Assembly: GCF_006345805.1 (NCBI RefSeq)
Contig: NC_043017.1
Location: 24,118,001 to 24,182,000, forward strand
DNA length: 64,000 bases
Source: Octopus sinensis
Lineage: Eukaryota
Direction: 5' to 3'
Below, piece after piece: positions 12,811-26,120 of the stretch. Both the position numbers and the translations under genes were made by a program. A model generated the notes under the pieces. The model worked only from the letters and a program-made list of their open reading frames with translations. It ran no database searches and was not told where the DNA came from. Positions within the stretch are counted from its first letter, which is position 1; each line of letters opens with the position of its first letter.

Positions 12811-12836
12811 TATTTGATAATTTCTAAAGTAATCTT

Positions 12837-13330
12837 TAACTCCTTTGTAACCAAATTTTTTCAAATTTTGCTCTTTTCAAGCTAAATTTTGCCATATTTG
12901 ATAATTACTAAAGTAATCTTTAACTCCTTTGTAACCAAATTTCTCTCGTGATAAAAATACGTTTGTTTCATTAAATTTTGAAAATAATGATGTATTTAGT
13001 AAAATAAATTTGTCATTACTAAGCTGGTATTTGGAATGTCAATTAGCATGGAATTTTGATAGACGAATTTAATTTAGTCTCACCTTAAACAGAAGTATAT
13101 ATTAGCAACGGAAGCTGTATTAATACCGAGAGATAATATTTAACCGCACTTAAAAGTGGATGTTGTGTTCGAACAAACTTTACAACAGTAGATAACATGA
13201 GAGTAGAGGTTTTTGGTGCAAAATGCGTGCTTGTTTATATCGCTAGCAGAGGAATAAATCCTTTCTAATTCCAGTGCCAAAACCACCCCAAATCAGTGCA
13301 GATTTGGGCAAGTCGGTCTAAAAAGGGTTA
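12837..13330. mobile_element. TTAA-MITE family 1, long variant with a duplicated left end
   Basis: AAAGTAATCTTTAACTCCTTTGTAACCAAATTT occurs twice about 83 bp apart, the internal family 1 sequence is present, and it ends AAAAGGGTTAA. Confidence 0.6.
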
Positions 13331-13584
13331 AATGTGTAAAGAAACATAATGTATTGTACTTCACAGAAAAACCTCTACCATTCATCATGGGTGTAGGAAG
13401 GGTGGTTCAGTTAAAAAGCTGACTTCACAACAACATGGTATTGAGCAGCTGGGTGAGTATCTTCTACCATTAGGATCTTCTACCATCAGGTAGAACAAAG
13501 CTTTCATATTGAAATTTCATTCACAGAAATTGAGCAGAAGTCCACTGTATGCATATGGTTGCACACATATACACATCTGCACAC

Positions 13585-13999
13585 ACACACACACACACAC
13601 ACACAACACATATGTATGCATGCATATATATGAATATACATACATACATACATACATATACATACATACATACATATACATACATACATATATATGTATA
13701 TACATACATATATATGTATATACATACATATATATGTATATACATACATATATATATATACATACATACATATATATATACATACATATATATATATACA
13801 TACATACATACATATATATATACATACATATACATACATACATACATACACATATATATATATATACATACATACATACATACATACACATATATATATA
13901 TATACATACATACATACATACATACATACATACATACACATATATATATATATACATACATACATACATACATACACATATATATATATATATACATAC

Positions 14000-14030
<31 letters not shown>

Positions 14031-14320
14031 CATACATACATACATACATATATATACATACATACATACATACATATACATATACATACATACATACACA
14101 TACATACATACATACATATATATACACACATTATAGATAACACTCACACTTATACACAAATACACACACATATATATACAAATACATACACAGATATACA
14201 TATACACACAGCTATACATACAATACATACATAAGCACACACAGATATACATACATATGCACACACATATATGTGTGTGTGTACGTATGCACAGATATAC
14301 ATACATATGCACACGTATAT
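13585..14320. repeat. Compound (CA)n/(TACA)n/(TA)n microsatellite
   Basis: Directly visible. It is the source of six overlapping low-complexity ORFs. Confidence 0.97.
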
Positions 14321-15659
14321 TACAGAGATAAAATTTTTCTTTTATCAATTAACTAACCCAACCAACCGTACACACACACATATACAGTCTCTGTCTGTCT
14401 CTTTCTCTCTCTCTCTCCATTCATTTCCTATAAACCTTCAACAATTTTACTAAAAAATTGAAATATCTAATTCATGGATAAGTTAGTGTTGACCCTAACA
14501 TAGCCAATGCCACACTACATTAAAAAAAAACATAGTTAACTGTAAATAAATATACAAGGAAGGAAAAACAAGGAAAAATACAAATTAGCCAATGACTAAT
14601 TTTACTATTATCAGTTTCCCTACCCATGCATGGGAGACAACTCCAGACAAGTTTCAATCATATTATGGCCTCATCCATGGAGCATAGCATCCAATGTACT
14701 TGCCAAAGTAGTAATGACAAAATCCCTCCATAATTAGTATATTCATTAGCCAAAGAAATTAGAATTGTTTAGGAATTACATGACTCAAAGAAGCTATCTT
14801 CCACCTTTTATTTGTTTCAGGCAGAAGTCCGGACAAGGTTGTTTATGGAAGATCAGCAGTTGTCCATGCATACCAGCCTCCCCTCTCCATGCCACCAGTG
14901 TTATCCAAGGGAAAGTCAAAGGCCGATACAGCTTGGCACCTGTGATGTTGCAACTCATTTCTACAGCTGAGTGAACTGGAGCAACGTGAAATAAAGTGTC
15001 TTGCTCAAGAACACAACACACAGCCCGGTTTGGGATTTGAACTCACAACCTCATGATCATAAGCTTAACTCTCTAACCACTGAGCCATGCGCCTTCACTG
15101 TATACATATACACACACATAGGAATAATATATCTCCAAGTACTTATAAATCTAATAAATATCATGTCAAATATTGGGTTGACAATCCCTTTCGAGTAGAA
15201 AAAGCCAAGGGCCAAGTTAATCTAAGTACTGTATTTAGAATTAAAAAAATACAATTAGCTGGGTTTAAAACTTAATTCATAACTCCCTTTCATCCTCATC
15301 ATTAGGTGTCATCTACCCATGGCAGGTTCAATACCAGGGATCTCCATTCTTACACATTCACCATATGACAGTTTCATTCAGTCTTTGATGTTATCAAACC
15401 AGATTGTTCTAGATCTTTCTTGGGTGTTTTTGCCATTTATCTTTCCTTCTAATAAAAGTCTTGGTTTATAATCTTATTCTTTTATTTTGTGACCAAAGTA
15501 CTTTAGGTTTCTTTTTTGGTTTTGGTTTGTTTTTTTTTTAATAGTTGAGAGAGTAATGAATGATCTTTCATGAAACATAAAAATAATATTAAAATCTGCA
15601 AATTATTTTTTTTCACATCAACAACAATAGCAACAACAAAATTCAGCTATTCAGGAATT

Positions 15660-15920
15660 CATACACAAATATATATACATACATACATATATATACGCAC
15701 ACATATACATACATATATATACAAACACACATATACATGCATATATACACCCACACACACATACATACATATATATACATACACACACATACATACATAT
15801 ATACATACACACACATACATACATATATACACACACACATACATACAAACATATCTATATATATATATATTATATATACACACATACATTCATATATATT
15901 TATATATACATATATATATT

Positions 15921-15953
<33 letters not shown>

Positions 15954-16020
15954 TTGTGTGTATGTGGGTGTGTGGGTGTGGGTGGGTGTGTGTGTGTGTG
16001 TGTGTGGGTGGGTGTGTATA
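15660..16020. repeat. Compound TA/CA then GT microsatellite
   Basis: Directly visible. Confidence 0.95.
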
Positions 16021-16159
16021 ACAGCTGCTTGTACAGATTATATTAATGCCACAGTCAACTATATATTACGTTCATATTGTTTATATTGGATATTGATCAC
16101 TAGTTATGTTCGATTGGTTTGAGCAAACAATTATTGCAGTTAATCTCCCGGCTGGCCAG

Positions 16160-16360
16160 CACCACCACCACCACTACCACCACCATCTCCTCCATCACCA
16201 CCAGCTCCTGCCCCACACCCCGGCCCTACCTCTTCATACCTCCTTTAGCTTACTGCAGCAACTATTACTACTACCACCACCATGACTACTACCCCCATCC
16301 CACCACTACCACTACAACACTACCACCACTACTACTACCACCACCATCACTACTACATCT
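16160..16360. repeat. Degenerate (CAC)n/(TAC)n trinucleotide tract
   Basis: Directly visible. Confidence 0.9.
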
Positions 16361-16499
16361 ATATCCAAGTGGACAGAAATGGCCAAAGCAACCTGTCCAG
16401 TGGTAAGAAGTGATCCATGGTTATTTAACCTCGGGTAAGCTATGATAGACCAGACCTAAGACAGGAATACAAAAAAAAAATACAATTCCAGCTGTGACA

Positions 16500-16870
16500 T
16501 CCCATCTTAGTATATCCAGGGCTATATTTTCAAATGTGTCCTTCAGATTATTTTTACAATAATAGAATGTGATTTGAGAAATAGCTACTATTTCTAGCAG
16601 GCTGAGTGGCTATGTAGGAGCTCTCTCACTCATCTCATCTTAGTGTATCTAAGACCACTTTTTCAAATGTGCCCTTCAGATGTTTTTCTTTTTTTTCTGA
16701 CAGAAGTAGGGTGTGATATGAGATTTGGCTGCTATAACTAGCTCTCTCATCCCATCTTTGATTATATTTTTAAATGTGTCCTTCAGGTTTTTTTGTAGCA
16801 ATAGGGTGTGATTTGCTAGAGAGTTGACTGCTATTTCTAGCAGATTGAATGGGTATGTAAAGACCCTCTG
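16500..16870. repeat. Three degenerate tandem copies (~125 bp) of an interspersed-repeat fragment
   Basis: The motifs TTTTCAAATGTGTCCTTCAG and GGGTGTGATTTG...GCTGCTATTTCTAGCAG each recur three times. Related single copies occur at about 3080-3135 (reverse), 56310 and 59050. Confidence 0.65.
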
Positions 16871-19159
16871 ACTGGCTCCAGCAAATCATTGATTTTCCCT
16901 TTCAATAAAAAAATGATTATTACTATCGAATGGCAAAGTTGATCTACCAGGCTGAACTTTGCAATTCATTTTCCCAAGTCCCATTAAATAGGTTCCAGAG
17001 TTTACACTAATCACCTAACAGCCTCATACAAAACTTTTGGCCTCGTGCCTTCAGATATGTCTATATGCTGTGAGTTCAAATCCTATCTAAGTCAACTGCC
17101 TTTCATTTTTTTCCAGGATCAATAAGTACCAGTTACTTACTGGGTTCGATATGACAGAATATGCCCTTCATCTGAAATATGACGTGGCCTTGTGCCTATG
17201 TTTAGACATCGCTGTCAGAACAGTGGTTGGTTTCAAATCTCACTGTTGTCTTTATGTTCTAACTTCAAATTCAGCCAAGGTCAACTATGCCTTTCATCCT
17301 TTTCAGGGTTAATAACATAAAGTACCAGTTGCACATGGGGGTTGAAGTAATTGACCAGGGCACTCACCCAAAATTTTAGGCCTTGCGCCTTTAGTAGAAA
17401 GAAAATTATTATGCAGCAAGCTGAATGTAGAGAGGATACATGGTTATCCTAGGTGACAGACAAACAGACAGAGGCTAACTGAAAGGTGAAGACCATTATT
17501 CCAAGACTTCTGAAAACTGAGTCATTCAGCTCCATGGTCTGACTTCAAATTCCACCGAGGTCAACTTTGCTTTGTCATCCTTTCAGGGTCATCATCATCA
17601 TCATCGTTTAACGTCCGCTTTCCATGCTAGCATGGGTTGGATGGTTCAACTGGGGTCTGGGAAGCCAGAAATCTGCACCAGGCCCATTCTGATCCGGCAG
17701 TGTTTCTACGGCTGGATGCCCTTCCTAATGCCAGCTGAGCACTGCAGTTAAAGTAATTGACTAGGGCCGTTGTGTCTCATCGACGCTGTTATGTCCTTCT
17801 TTGAACTCACTGTATTTTTTACTTTATAATGTGGACTTATAACAAGGTTATAACAATACAAATATAAATCAGAAACAAACAGAACAAACAAAATCTCTTC
17901 TTGACAACTTCTACAACTGTCTTCACAAAACACCTGCATGCACCACACTGTCCTTCACTGTGCGGGTTCAGTCCCAATGCGTGGCACCTTATGCAAGTGT
18001 CTTCTACTATAGTCTCGGGCCAACCAAAGCCTTGTGAGCGGATTTAGTAGACTTGCTATCCCAGAGGGGTGTCGGGATTTCACCACAACAAGGACCCTCA
18101 CCTAAATTTAAATTCTGTGTGAGGTGGTCGAAATTTTTAGTCGGCAGATTGTAAATCGATTTATAAATGTTTTACTTTCTCATCATGGTTTTATATTTTA
18201 ATTAAAATGTTAAATTGCAAATTTAAAGATACATGATTTATGTTAAAACTTATTTTGGTAAAGTAAGCTAAATTTCAGGCCATGTGCCAGGCACGTGCCG
18301 TTAGTAATTACTCAGGGTAAGCAGTTGGTGATGTTTATGCAGTAAAACACACAAAAAAATAAGCAAAACACAGGCACGCAACTGAGTTAGAGGCAAATTT
18401 ACTTCTGCCTTTATAGAGCGCAAAGAAAACTTTGTTGCAGGAATGTACGCAACACATGTACTACAGCAGTACTATGTGTAGTTTTAATACTGAGATTGAA
18501 AGGTAGGAGCCTACCTAATCTACGAAAAACTAAAATATTTTGCATTTTATGCATAATAATCAGAGTAACCATAGCTTTATTGAATTAGGTGCATATTTTG
18601 CCATAAAAGGAAAATGTTACTATCAATATTGTTGTATTTAGGAATGGTCATTTTGCCAGTTTAGCCAATAAAATTTTGCTCAGTAAAATAAAATACCAGT
18701 TAAATACTGAGGTCAATGTAATCTATTTGCCTCTCCCCTAAAAGCTGCTGGCCATAGTTACTATTTGGGTGGTGGATTTAAGGCAGCGAGTTAACAAAAT
18801 CATTAGCATTCCAGGCAAAATTCTTAAAGATATTTCATCCACCTTTACATTCTGGGTTCAAATTCTATTGAAGTCAACTTTGCCTTTCATCCTTTCAGGG
18901 TTGATTAAGTAAGTACCGTTGAACATTGAGGTTAGCCACTCTTCCGAAATTGCAGGCCTTGTGCCAAAATTTGAAACCAATATTAGGTTGGTGGGTTGAT
19001 AAAATCATTAGTGTTGGATGATACTTTATAATATTTTTCCAACTCTTACCGTTCTGAGTTCAAATCCTGCCACAGTCTAACTTTGCCTTTTGTGCTTCTG
19101 AGGTCAATAAAATTCAGTATCAGGCACATACTGGGTTTGATGGTATTGACTGACCCAAT

Positions 19160-19400
19160 GGCGACGGTCTGGCAGAAATGTTAGCACGCCAGGCAAGATG
19201 TGTAGCCGTATTTCATCTGCCGTTACTTACATTCTGAGTTCAAATTCCAGCCAAGGTCGACTTTGCCTTTCATCCTTTCGGGGTCGATTAAATAAGTACC
19301 AGTTATGCACTGGGGTCGATATAATCGACTTAATCCATTTGTCTGTCTTTGTTTGTCCTCTCTGTATTTAGCCCCCTGTGGGTAGTAAAGAAATAGGTAT
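19160..19400 (+). mobile_element. SINE family B, single-unit copy
   Basis: GGCGACGGTCTGGCAGAAATGTTAGCACGCC...TGAGTTCAAATTCC...TTTGCCTTTCATCCTTTCGGGGTCGAT. Confidence 0.85.
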
Positions 19401-19839
19401 TGACTGACCCCTTTCCCTCAAAACTATTGGCCTAGTGCCTAAATTAGAAATTAGGATGGTCAAGGGACAGAAATTGTAGCCCCACAAGACAAAAATACTT
19501 TCTTGTATTTCCTTACATCCCCTTCTGTTCTGAGTTCAAATTTCATTGGGACTGACTTCATCTGCCATCCAGGAACAGTAAAATGGGCACTGATGCTGAT
19601 CCAAGTCATCTATGTCCCTCCACGACAAATGTGTGGCCTTGTGCCCCTAGAAGGAATCCCTATTAGTACTGTGATCATGTCGCTAAAGTTTGGTGGGACA
19701 TGGGTGGGAAGGAGATTATTGGATCCGCTCTTTTCAATGTCACAGGTGGATTTTTACAAGGAACTAAATGCAACTACATAGGTGGCTGGGGGTGGGGGTA
19801 TGATATGAAAGATAGGGTGTGGTGTCTTTAAAGAGTGGA

Positions 19840-20380
19840 GAGAGGGAGAAAAAGAGAGAGACAGATAAAGAAAGGGAGGAGAGGGTGAAAAAGAGAGAGA
19901 GAGGATGGGAAAGAAGGGGAAAGATAGAAATAGAAAGAGAGACAAAGAGAAAAGAGATAGAGATAAGAAGAGGAAATAGTTGGTTTATTTCATCCTTCAC
20001 CTTGATTTTATTTTGATAAGGCAACGACGGCGGGGAAGAAGAGATAGAAGAGTTAAGGAAACATGTTTGAAGTGAACCAACAAGAGAAGTAAAACAAAAA
20101 GAGAAACTGAAGGTGGAGGAGGAGGGAGGAGAAGAAGAAGAAGAAGAAGAAGGAGGAGGAGGAGGAGGAGGAGAAAAAGAAGAAAGGAGGAGGAGGAGAC
20201 GAAGAAGAAAAAGAAGAAAGGAGGAGGAGGAGGAGACGAAGGAGGAGAAGAAGAGAAGAAGGAGAGGAGGAGGATAAGAAGGGAGGAGGAGGAGAAAGAG
20301 GAGGAGGAGACGAAGGATAAGAAGAAGAAAAAGAAGAAAGGAGGAGGAGGAGCAGAAGAAGAAGAAGAAGAAGAAGAAGA
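19840..20380. repeat. Polypurine low-complexity tract (GA, GGA, GAA)
   Basis: Directly visible. It is the source of the Ser/Leu/Pro-rich ORF 19764..20498. Confidence 0.9.
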
Positions 20381-20673
20381 GCGTTTTTATGATGTTTATA
20401 TAATGTTGTTTGTTTGATTTGCTGTTATTTATGGGATATAGGAGCTTAAATTCACTTTGATCTTCGGATAAAAAAAAACCCATCAAATTAATAAACACAT
20501 ACAGGAAATAGTCAAAAAAACAATGCAGATATAATTAAGGTCATTGTTAACGCAGGTCAAATAAATTTATTACAACCCCAGACAAAATGTTTAGCAGCAT
20601 ATCTTTTAGCTGGACGTTCAAATACCACAGAGGTCAATTTTACCTTTCATTCTTTCAAGGTCTATAAAATAAA

Positions 20674-21068
20674 GGAGTGGCTGTGTGGTAAGTAGCTTGC
20701 TTACCAACCACATGGTTCCGGGTTCAGTCCCACTGCGTGGCACCTTGGGCAAGTGTCTTCTACTATAGCCTCGAGCCGACCAGAGCCTTGTGAGTGGATT
20801 TGGTAGACGGAAACTGAAAGAAGCCCGTCATATATATGTATATGTGTGTATATATATATGTGTGTGTATGTGTGTGTGTCTGTGTTTGTCCCACCCCAAC
20901 ATCGCTTGACAACCGATACTGGTGTGTTTACGTCCTCGTTACTTAGCGGTTCGGCAAATGAAACCGATAGAATAAGTCCTGGGGTCGATTTGCTCGACTA
21001 AAGGCGGTGCTCCAGCATGGCCGCAGTCAAATGACTGAAGCAAGTAAAAGAAAGAAAGAAAGAAAGAA
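20674..21068 (+). mobile_element. SINE family A, young full-length copy
   Basis: Same organisation as 12401-12810, with an (AAAG)n tail. It interrupts a family B remnant. Confidence 0.92.
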
Positions 21069-21927
21069 CTGAGTACCGGGGTCAATGTAATTGACTTGCC
21101 CTTTCCCTTGTCTCATGCCAAAAATTAGAACGAATTATTGAAACAGCTCGCCTGGCCCCCGTGCCGGTGGCACGTAAAAACACCATCCGTTCGTAGCCGT
21201 TTGCCAGCTCTGTCTGGCACCTGTGCAGGTGGCACGTAAAAAGGACCCACTACACTCACGGAGTGGTTGGCGTTAGGAAGGGCATCCAGCTGTAGAAACA
21301 CTGCCAAATCTGACTGAGCCTGATGAAGCCTTCCGGCTTCGCAGACCCCAGTTAAACCATCCAACCCATGCTAGCATGGAAAACGGACGCTAAATGATGA
21401 TGATGATGATGATGTACATGCAAAATAACATGTGAGTTTACAGAACTAAACATTGAACATCCAACATTTATTCAACATTCGCAGAACACTAAAAGTCAAA
21501 ACAGCTTGATAAAAGGGTGCCATACTAACTGGTATCTTAGGGCTACAACAACAAGTGTTCCAGTTGGTCCGATCAACAGAACAGCCTGCTCATGAGTATA
21601 CAAGTGGTTGAGCACTCCTCAGACATGTGTACCTGTAACATAGTTCTCGTGTGACAAGGCTGGCCCTGTGAAATACAAATACAAGTCATCTTTGCTGGCT
21701 GAGTATACCAAAGTGACATGAAATAAAGTGTCTTGCTCAAGAACACAATGTACCACCAGGGATTGAACACAAGACCTTACGATCATGAACTGAATACCCT
21801 GACCACTAAGTCATGTGCCTCCATGTGATATACTAAATGAATGGGAAAAAGAACTTTAAAACATTTGCGCTATGCTTCATTTCCATCACAAAAACAATCC
21901 ATTTATTGACTACAAAGTGACATATCA

Positions 21928-22348
21928 GGACGAGCTGGCAAAAACGTTAGCATGCTGGGCGAATTGCTTAGCGGTATTTCATCTGCCGCTACGTTCTGAG
22001 TTCAAATTCCACCGAGGTCAATTTTGCCTTTCATCCTTTCAAGGTTGATTAAATAAGTACCAGTTACACACTGGGGTCGATATAATCGACTTAATCCATT
22101 TGTCTGTCCTTGTTTGTCCCTTCTGTGTTTAGCCCCTTGTGGGTAGTAAAGAAATAGGTATTTCGTCTGCCATTACATTCTGAGTTCAAATTCAAATTTC
22201 ACTGAGGTCAACTTTGCCTTTCATCCTTTCGGGGTTGATAAATTAAGTACTAGTTACGCAATGGGGTCGATGTAATCGACTTAATCCATTTGTCTGTCCT
22301 TGTTTGTTCCCTCTATGTTTAGCCCCTTGTGGGCAATAAAGAAATAAG
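21928..22348 (+). mobile_element. SINE family B with two internal units
   Basis: Head GGACGAGCTGGCAAAAACGTTAGC. The block TCTGAGTTCAAATT...AGCCCCTTGTGGG occurs twice. Confidence 0.85.
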
Positions 22349-23735
22349 AAACAATTTTCCTAAACCAAGGCAGCATCAAAAGGAAGTTATGGTCGTTGTT
22401 TGAAGGTTGGCATGGGGAATCAACCACTGTCATATTCTGAATCTTGAAGAAAATATCACAGCAGAGAACTCTTGCCAAGAAACCAACAAAAAGGTACCAA
22501 AAAACACACTGCTCTCATCAAGTGCATGTGTCTGTGACTGTGTCCGTGGATGTGTTTGTAGATAGATAGATAGAGAGAGGGGGGAAGGGGGGAGGAGGAG
22601 AGAGAGACAGACAGAGAGAGAGTGGGGGAGTTTTATTGGAGTTGAAAATCATTACCAAATCATTACTCCAAGTTGAATGAATGCAATCAATAATGAGACA
22701 GAAGTAAACTTATAGAACATTATGAACCACTGTATAATTCCAGAAGTTCACTTGTTATTTGATGGTTGGTTATGTGAAACTCAGGCTAATGGTTTGTCAA
22801 GTTTTGCAGCTTCAATAAAATTCAGTACTCTATTCGGCCTTTAGTATTCAAGTGCTGTTTCCACCATGTTTTACACTTCTCTCTCTCTCATCATGTCAGG
22901 TTGTAAACAAGCATCAATATCACACAGAGCGATATTGCATGTTTCCAGTCTTCTATGAAAAACATATCTAGTTATGGGAAAATATCAGCTTGGCCAGCGA
23001 AAACAGTGAGGGTTGGCATCAAAAGAGCATCTGGCCATAGACAATACTGCGAAGGCAGACTGGCAGTGGTCTTGTGTTCAATCTCTAGAACTTCTTCCTT
23101 ATCACTTTCCATGATGAATACCAGTTTCAATTATGGATATTTCAGTTGTTCCTTCAATGGAACTATGTACTGCGTTGGCAGAATTATTTAGGCATCAAAA
23201 AGAACATGCTTTGCAGTGTTTGCTCTGGTTCTTTACATTCCAAGTCCAAATTCTAACAAGGATAACTTTGCTTTCATCTCTCCAAGGTTGAGAAGTACCA
23301 GTCTAGGATTGGAGGGGATGGGGGTTGATGTAACTAACACCCAGCCTCTAGAATTGCCGCCCTAGTGCCTAAATTAGAGACAATTATATAGCTTCTCTGT
23401 GTGTGTGTGTGTGTGTGTGTGTGTTTCTCTCTCTCTCGACTCACACACACACACAACACACACACACACAAACACTTGCACTCTAAACATAATCCTTAGG
23501 CAATCTCAACAAGTCAGTGTGTGTGAGAAGGAATTTCTCACAATATCCAAGAACCCAGTTTCACTCACAAGGCTTGGAAGATTGTGTAGGAGACATTTAC
23601 CTAAGGTATGTACGTATAATAACACACACACAGAGGCCAGTGTATACACACATACACACACACATGATCAATGAACACATACATACATGAACAGTGAACT
23701 CACATATGCACAGGGCAATCTAAGTCTCATGTACT

Positions 23736-23772
<37 letters not shown>

Positions 23773-23775
<3 letters not shown>

Positions 23776-23863
23776 TATATATATATATATCATTAACAAT
23801 AAAATATATTTATTTATATAAATATATAAAAAATATAATGTTTTATTGTTAATGATATATATC
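23773..23863. repeat. Short inverted repeat inside a (TA)n tract
   Basis: CATTAACAATAAAA (23791-23804) is the exact reverse complement of TTTTATTGTTAATG (23841-23854). Confidence 0.85.
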
Positions 23864-24322
23864 TATATATATATATATATCCCTCTCTCTCTTTCAGAGA
23901 GGCATTGAGCACCTACACGCACATATACACACACAGCAGTAACTTCCGCCTACCGAATTCAATCACAAAGCTCCGGTCGGCCCGGGGCTATAGAAGACTG
24001 AACCTGAAACCATGTAGCTAGGAAGCAAGCTCCATATATATATATATATATATAATATATATATATATAATATTTTATTGTTAGTGATATATATATATAG
24101 CTATATATATATATAATATATAATATATATATATATATGAGCTAACAATGAATATCTCCAAAAACATTTGTATGGAGACTGAAAACACAATAACAGAAAG
24201 AGGTTGAGAGACTGGGGGTGGGGGTTTACCAATAGTCTCAAGGTTACTGTATGTGTGTGTGTGCAAGTGTGAGTATAACTGCATGAGAGAGAGTATGTGT
24301 GCGTGAGAGAAAGAGAGAGAGT

Positions 24323-24394
<72 letters not shown>

Positions 24395-24418
24395 TACGTG
24401 TGTATATGCATGTGTACA

Positions 24419-24469
<51 letters not shown>

Positions 24470-25072
24470 AAAGGGACAATAATTAAATAACTTACCGATG
24501 GCTTTATTTATTCAATTGATCCTTTGGAAAGATGAAAAGCAACAGACGCCCCCCACTGACTAGACTCCTAGCTTGGATTGTCTTGTGATAAAACCTATCA
24601 CACACACACAGACATCTAGGTTAGATCCTTCTCCTTTCACTGCAGCAACATCAACAAAGCCGTACCTATGTACGTATGTGTGCATAAACTCATGAATATA
24701 TGCATGTCTGTGTACATCTAACTACAGTTACATGTATGTATATATATATATACAAACAATAACAGTGTGTACGTATGTATGTATATATATATGTAGACAT
24801 GTGTGTATACATGCATGCATGCATGCATGCATGCATGCATACATACATACATACATACATACATACATACATACATACATACATACATACATACAGGCTT
24901 ACATGTAAATATATATTTAGGTATATAGGTGTATGCTGATGTGTAAATATATACATAAATATGTAAGTACATAATCGTGCACACACACATGCACAGACAA
25001 GTATATACAAGCAACAATATGTACGTATATATGAAATGTATTTATACATTACATGTGCATGTAACTACCTGC

Positions 25073-25103
<31 letters not shown>

Positions 25104-25918
25104 CTTCTATGTGTGTGTCTTTACGTAAATATGTATGTAAATAACTAAACACACACACACACATATATATAAGTAAATATATATGTGTCTGAGCATACGT
25201 GTGCATGCATGTTACGTTACTCTCTCTCTCTCTCTCTCACTATATATATATATATACATATTTATGTACCATCATTGAGAACATTATCTTTTTAGCCTCA
25301 GATCAATGTCAGCAATGATAGTTATACTTCACTGCAATAAGAAATAATAACAGGTCAATATACGAGATACAGGTTTTAACAGGTGAACACTATTCCAGGT
25401 AATGGCAGTAATCAAAACAAACCACGGCTGTGTGGTTAAGGAACTTACTCTGCAACCAAATATTTCAGTTTCAGTCCCACTAAGTGACATCTTGGGCAAG
25501 TGTCTTTTAGTATAGCCCCCAGGCCAACAAATGCCTTCTGAGTGAATTTGGTAGAAAGAAACTGAAAGAAGCCCATCTTGTATGCATTATATCATGGAAT
25601 CTCCCGTCATTAAACAATGTATGAGGGTCCTGCAATTTCTGGCAGAACAATCACACAGATGATTTGTTTATATTGGTCAAATGTTTGTGTTCACAGAGGT
25701 TCGTTCCTTCTATCAAATTGACGTTGCCTCTGTACAGGTGCACGATGTGACACAAAGCAACATGAAATGAAGTGCTTTGCTGAAGATCACAACACAATGC
25801 CTGAACTGGGAATTGAAGCCTTGATCTAACAATCATGAGTGCAATACCCTAACCACTAAGCCATGCACCTTCACACACACACACACACACACATACATAC
25901 ACATACATATATATATAT

Positions 25919-26120
25919 GGTGTGTACCGTTGGCGATTTTTTTCCTCTGTCTTCCCTTCTCTGGAACTTTCCTTCTCCTGTGTTTCCGACGAAGAGCTCC
26001 GCTCGAAACGTTAAACCCTACTTCTTTCCTTCTTTCCTGAGCGTCCAATAATACTATATTTGTTCCACGTCCTCGCGTTGTTGTGTTTTCTCTTTGTGTT
26101 TTCATGTTTGGATTAACTTT
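25919..26120 (+). mobile_element. Penelope-like pLTR fragment carrying a hammerhead-like motif, inserted in (TA)n
   Basis: A ~200-bp pyrimidine- and CpG-rich segment is flanked by TA repeats and contains CCGACGAA-GAGC-TCC-GCTC-GAAACGTT. Confidence 0.6.
25980..26018 (+). ncRNA. Putative minimal type I hammerhead ribozyme (core variant U4C)
   Basis: Stem I is GTGTTT/AAACCC (5 of 6 pairs) and the core is CCGACGA(A). Stem II is GAGC-TCC-GCTC, followed by GAAA, a palindromic stem III ACGT and the triplet GUU. Confidence 0.55.

Noticed and set aside
13504-14348. Long ORFs of 150-275 aa rich in Y/I/H/T or M/Y/V/C (also 11369-11908, 30864-32875, 37656-38618 and 59360-60530)
   Set aside because: They are stop-free translations of di- and tetranucleotide microsatellites and are open in several frames on both strands.
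19764-20498. 244-aa Ser/Leu/Pro/Phe-rich ORF
   Set aside because: It is the translation of a polypyrimidine simple-repeat strand.
21320-21350. CTGATGAAGCC-TTCC-GGCTTC as a third hammerhead
   Set aside because: No GAAA follows the stem. It is a point variant of the common LINE-tail sequence CTGGTGCAGCCTTCTGGCTTC.
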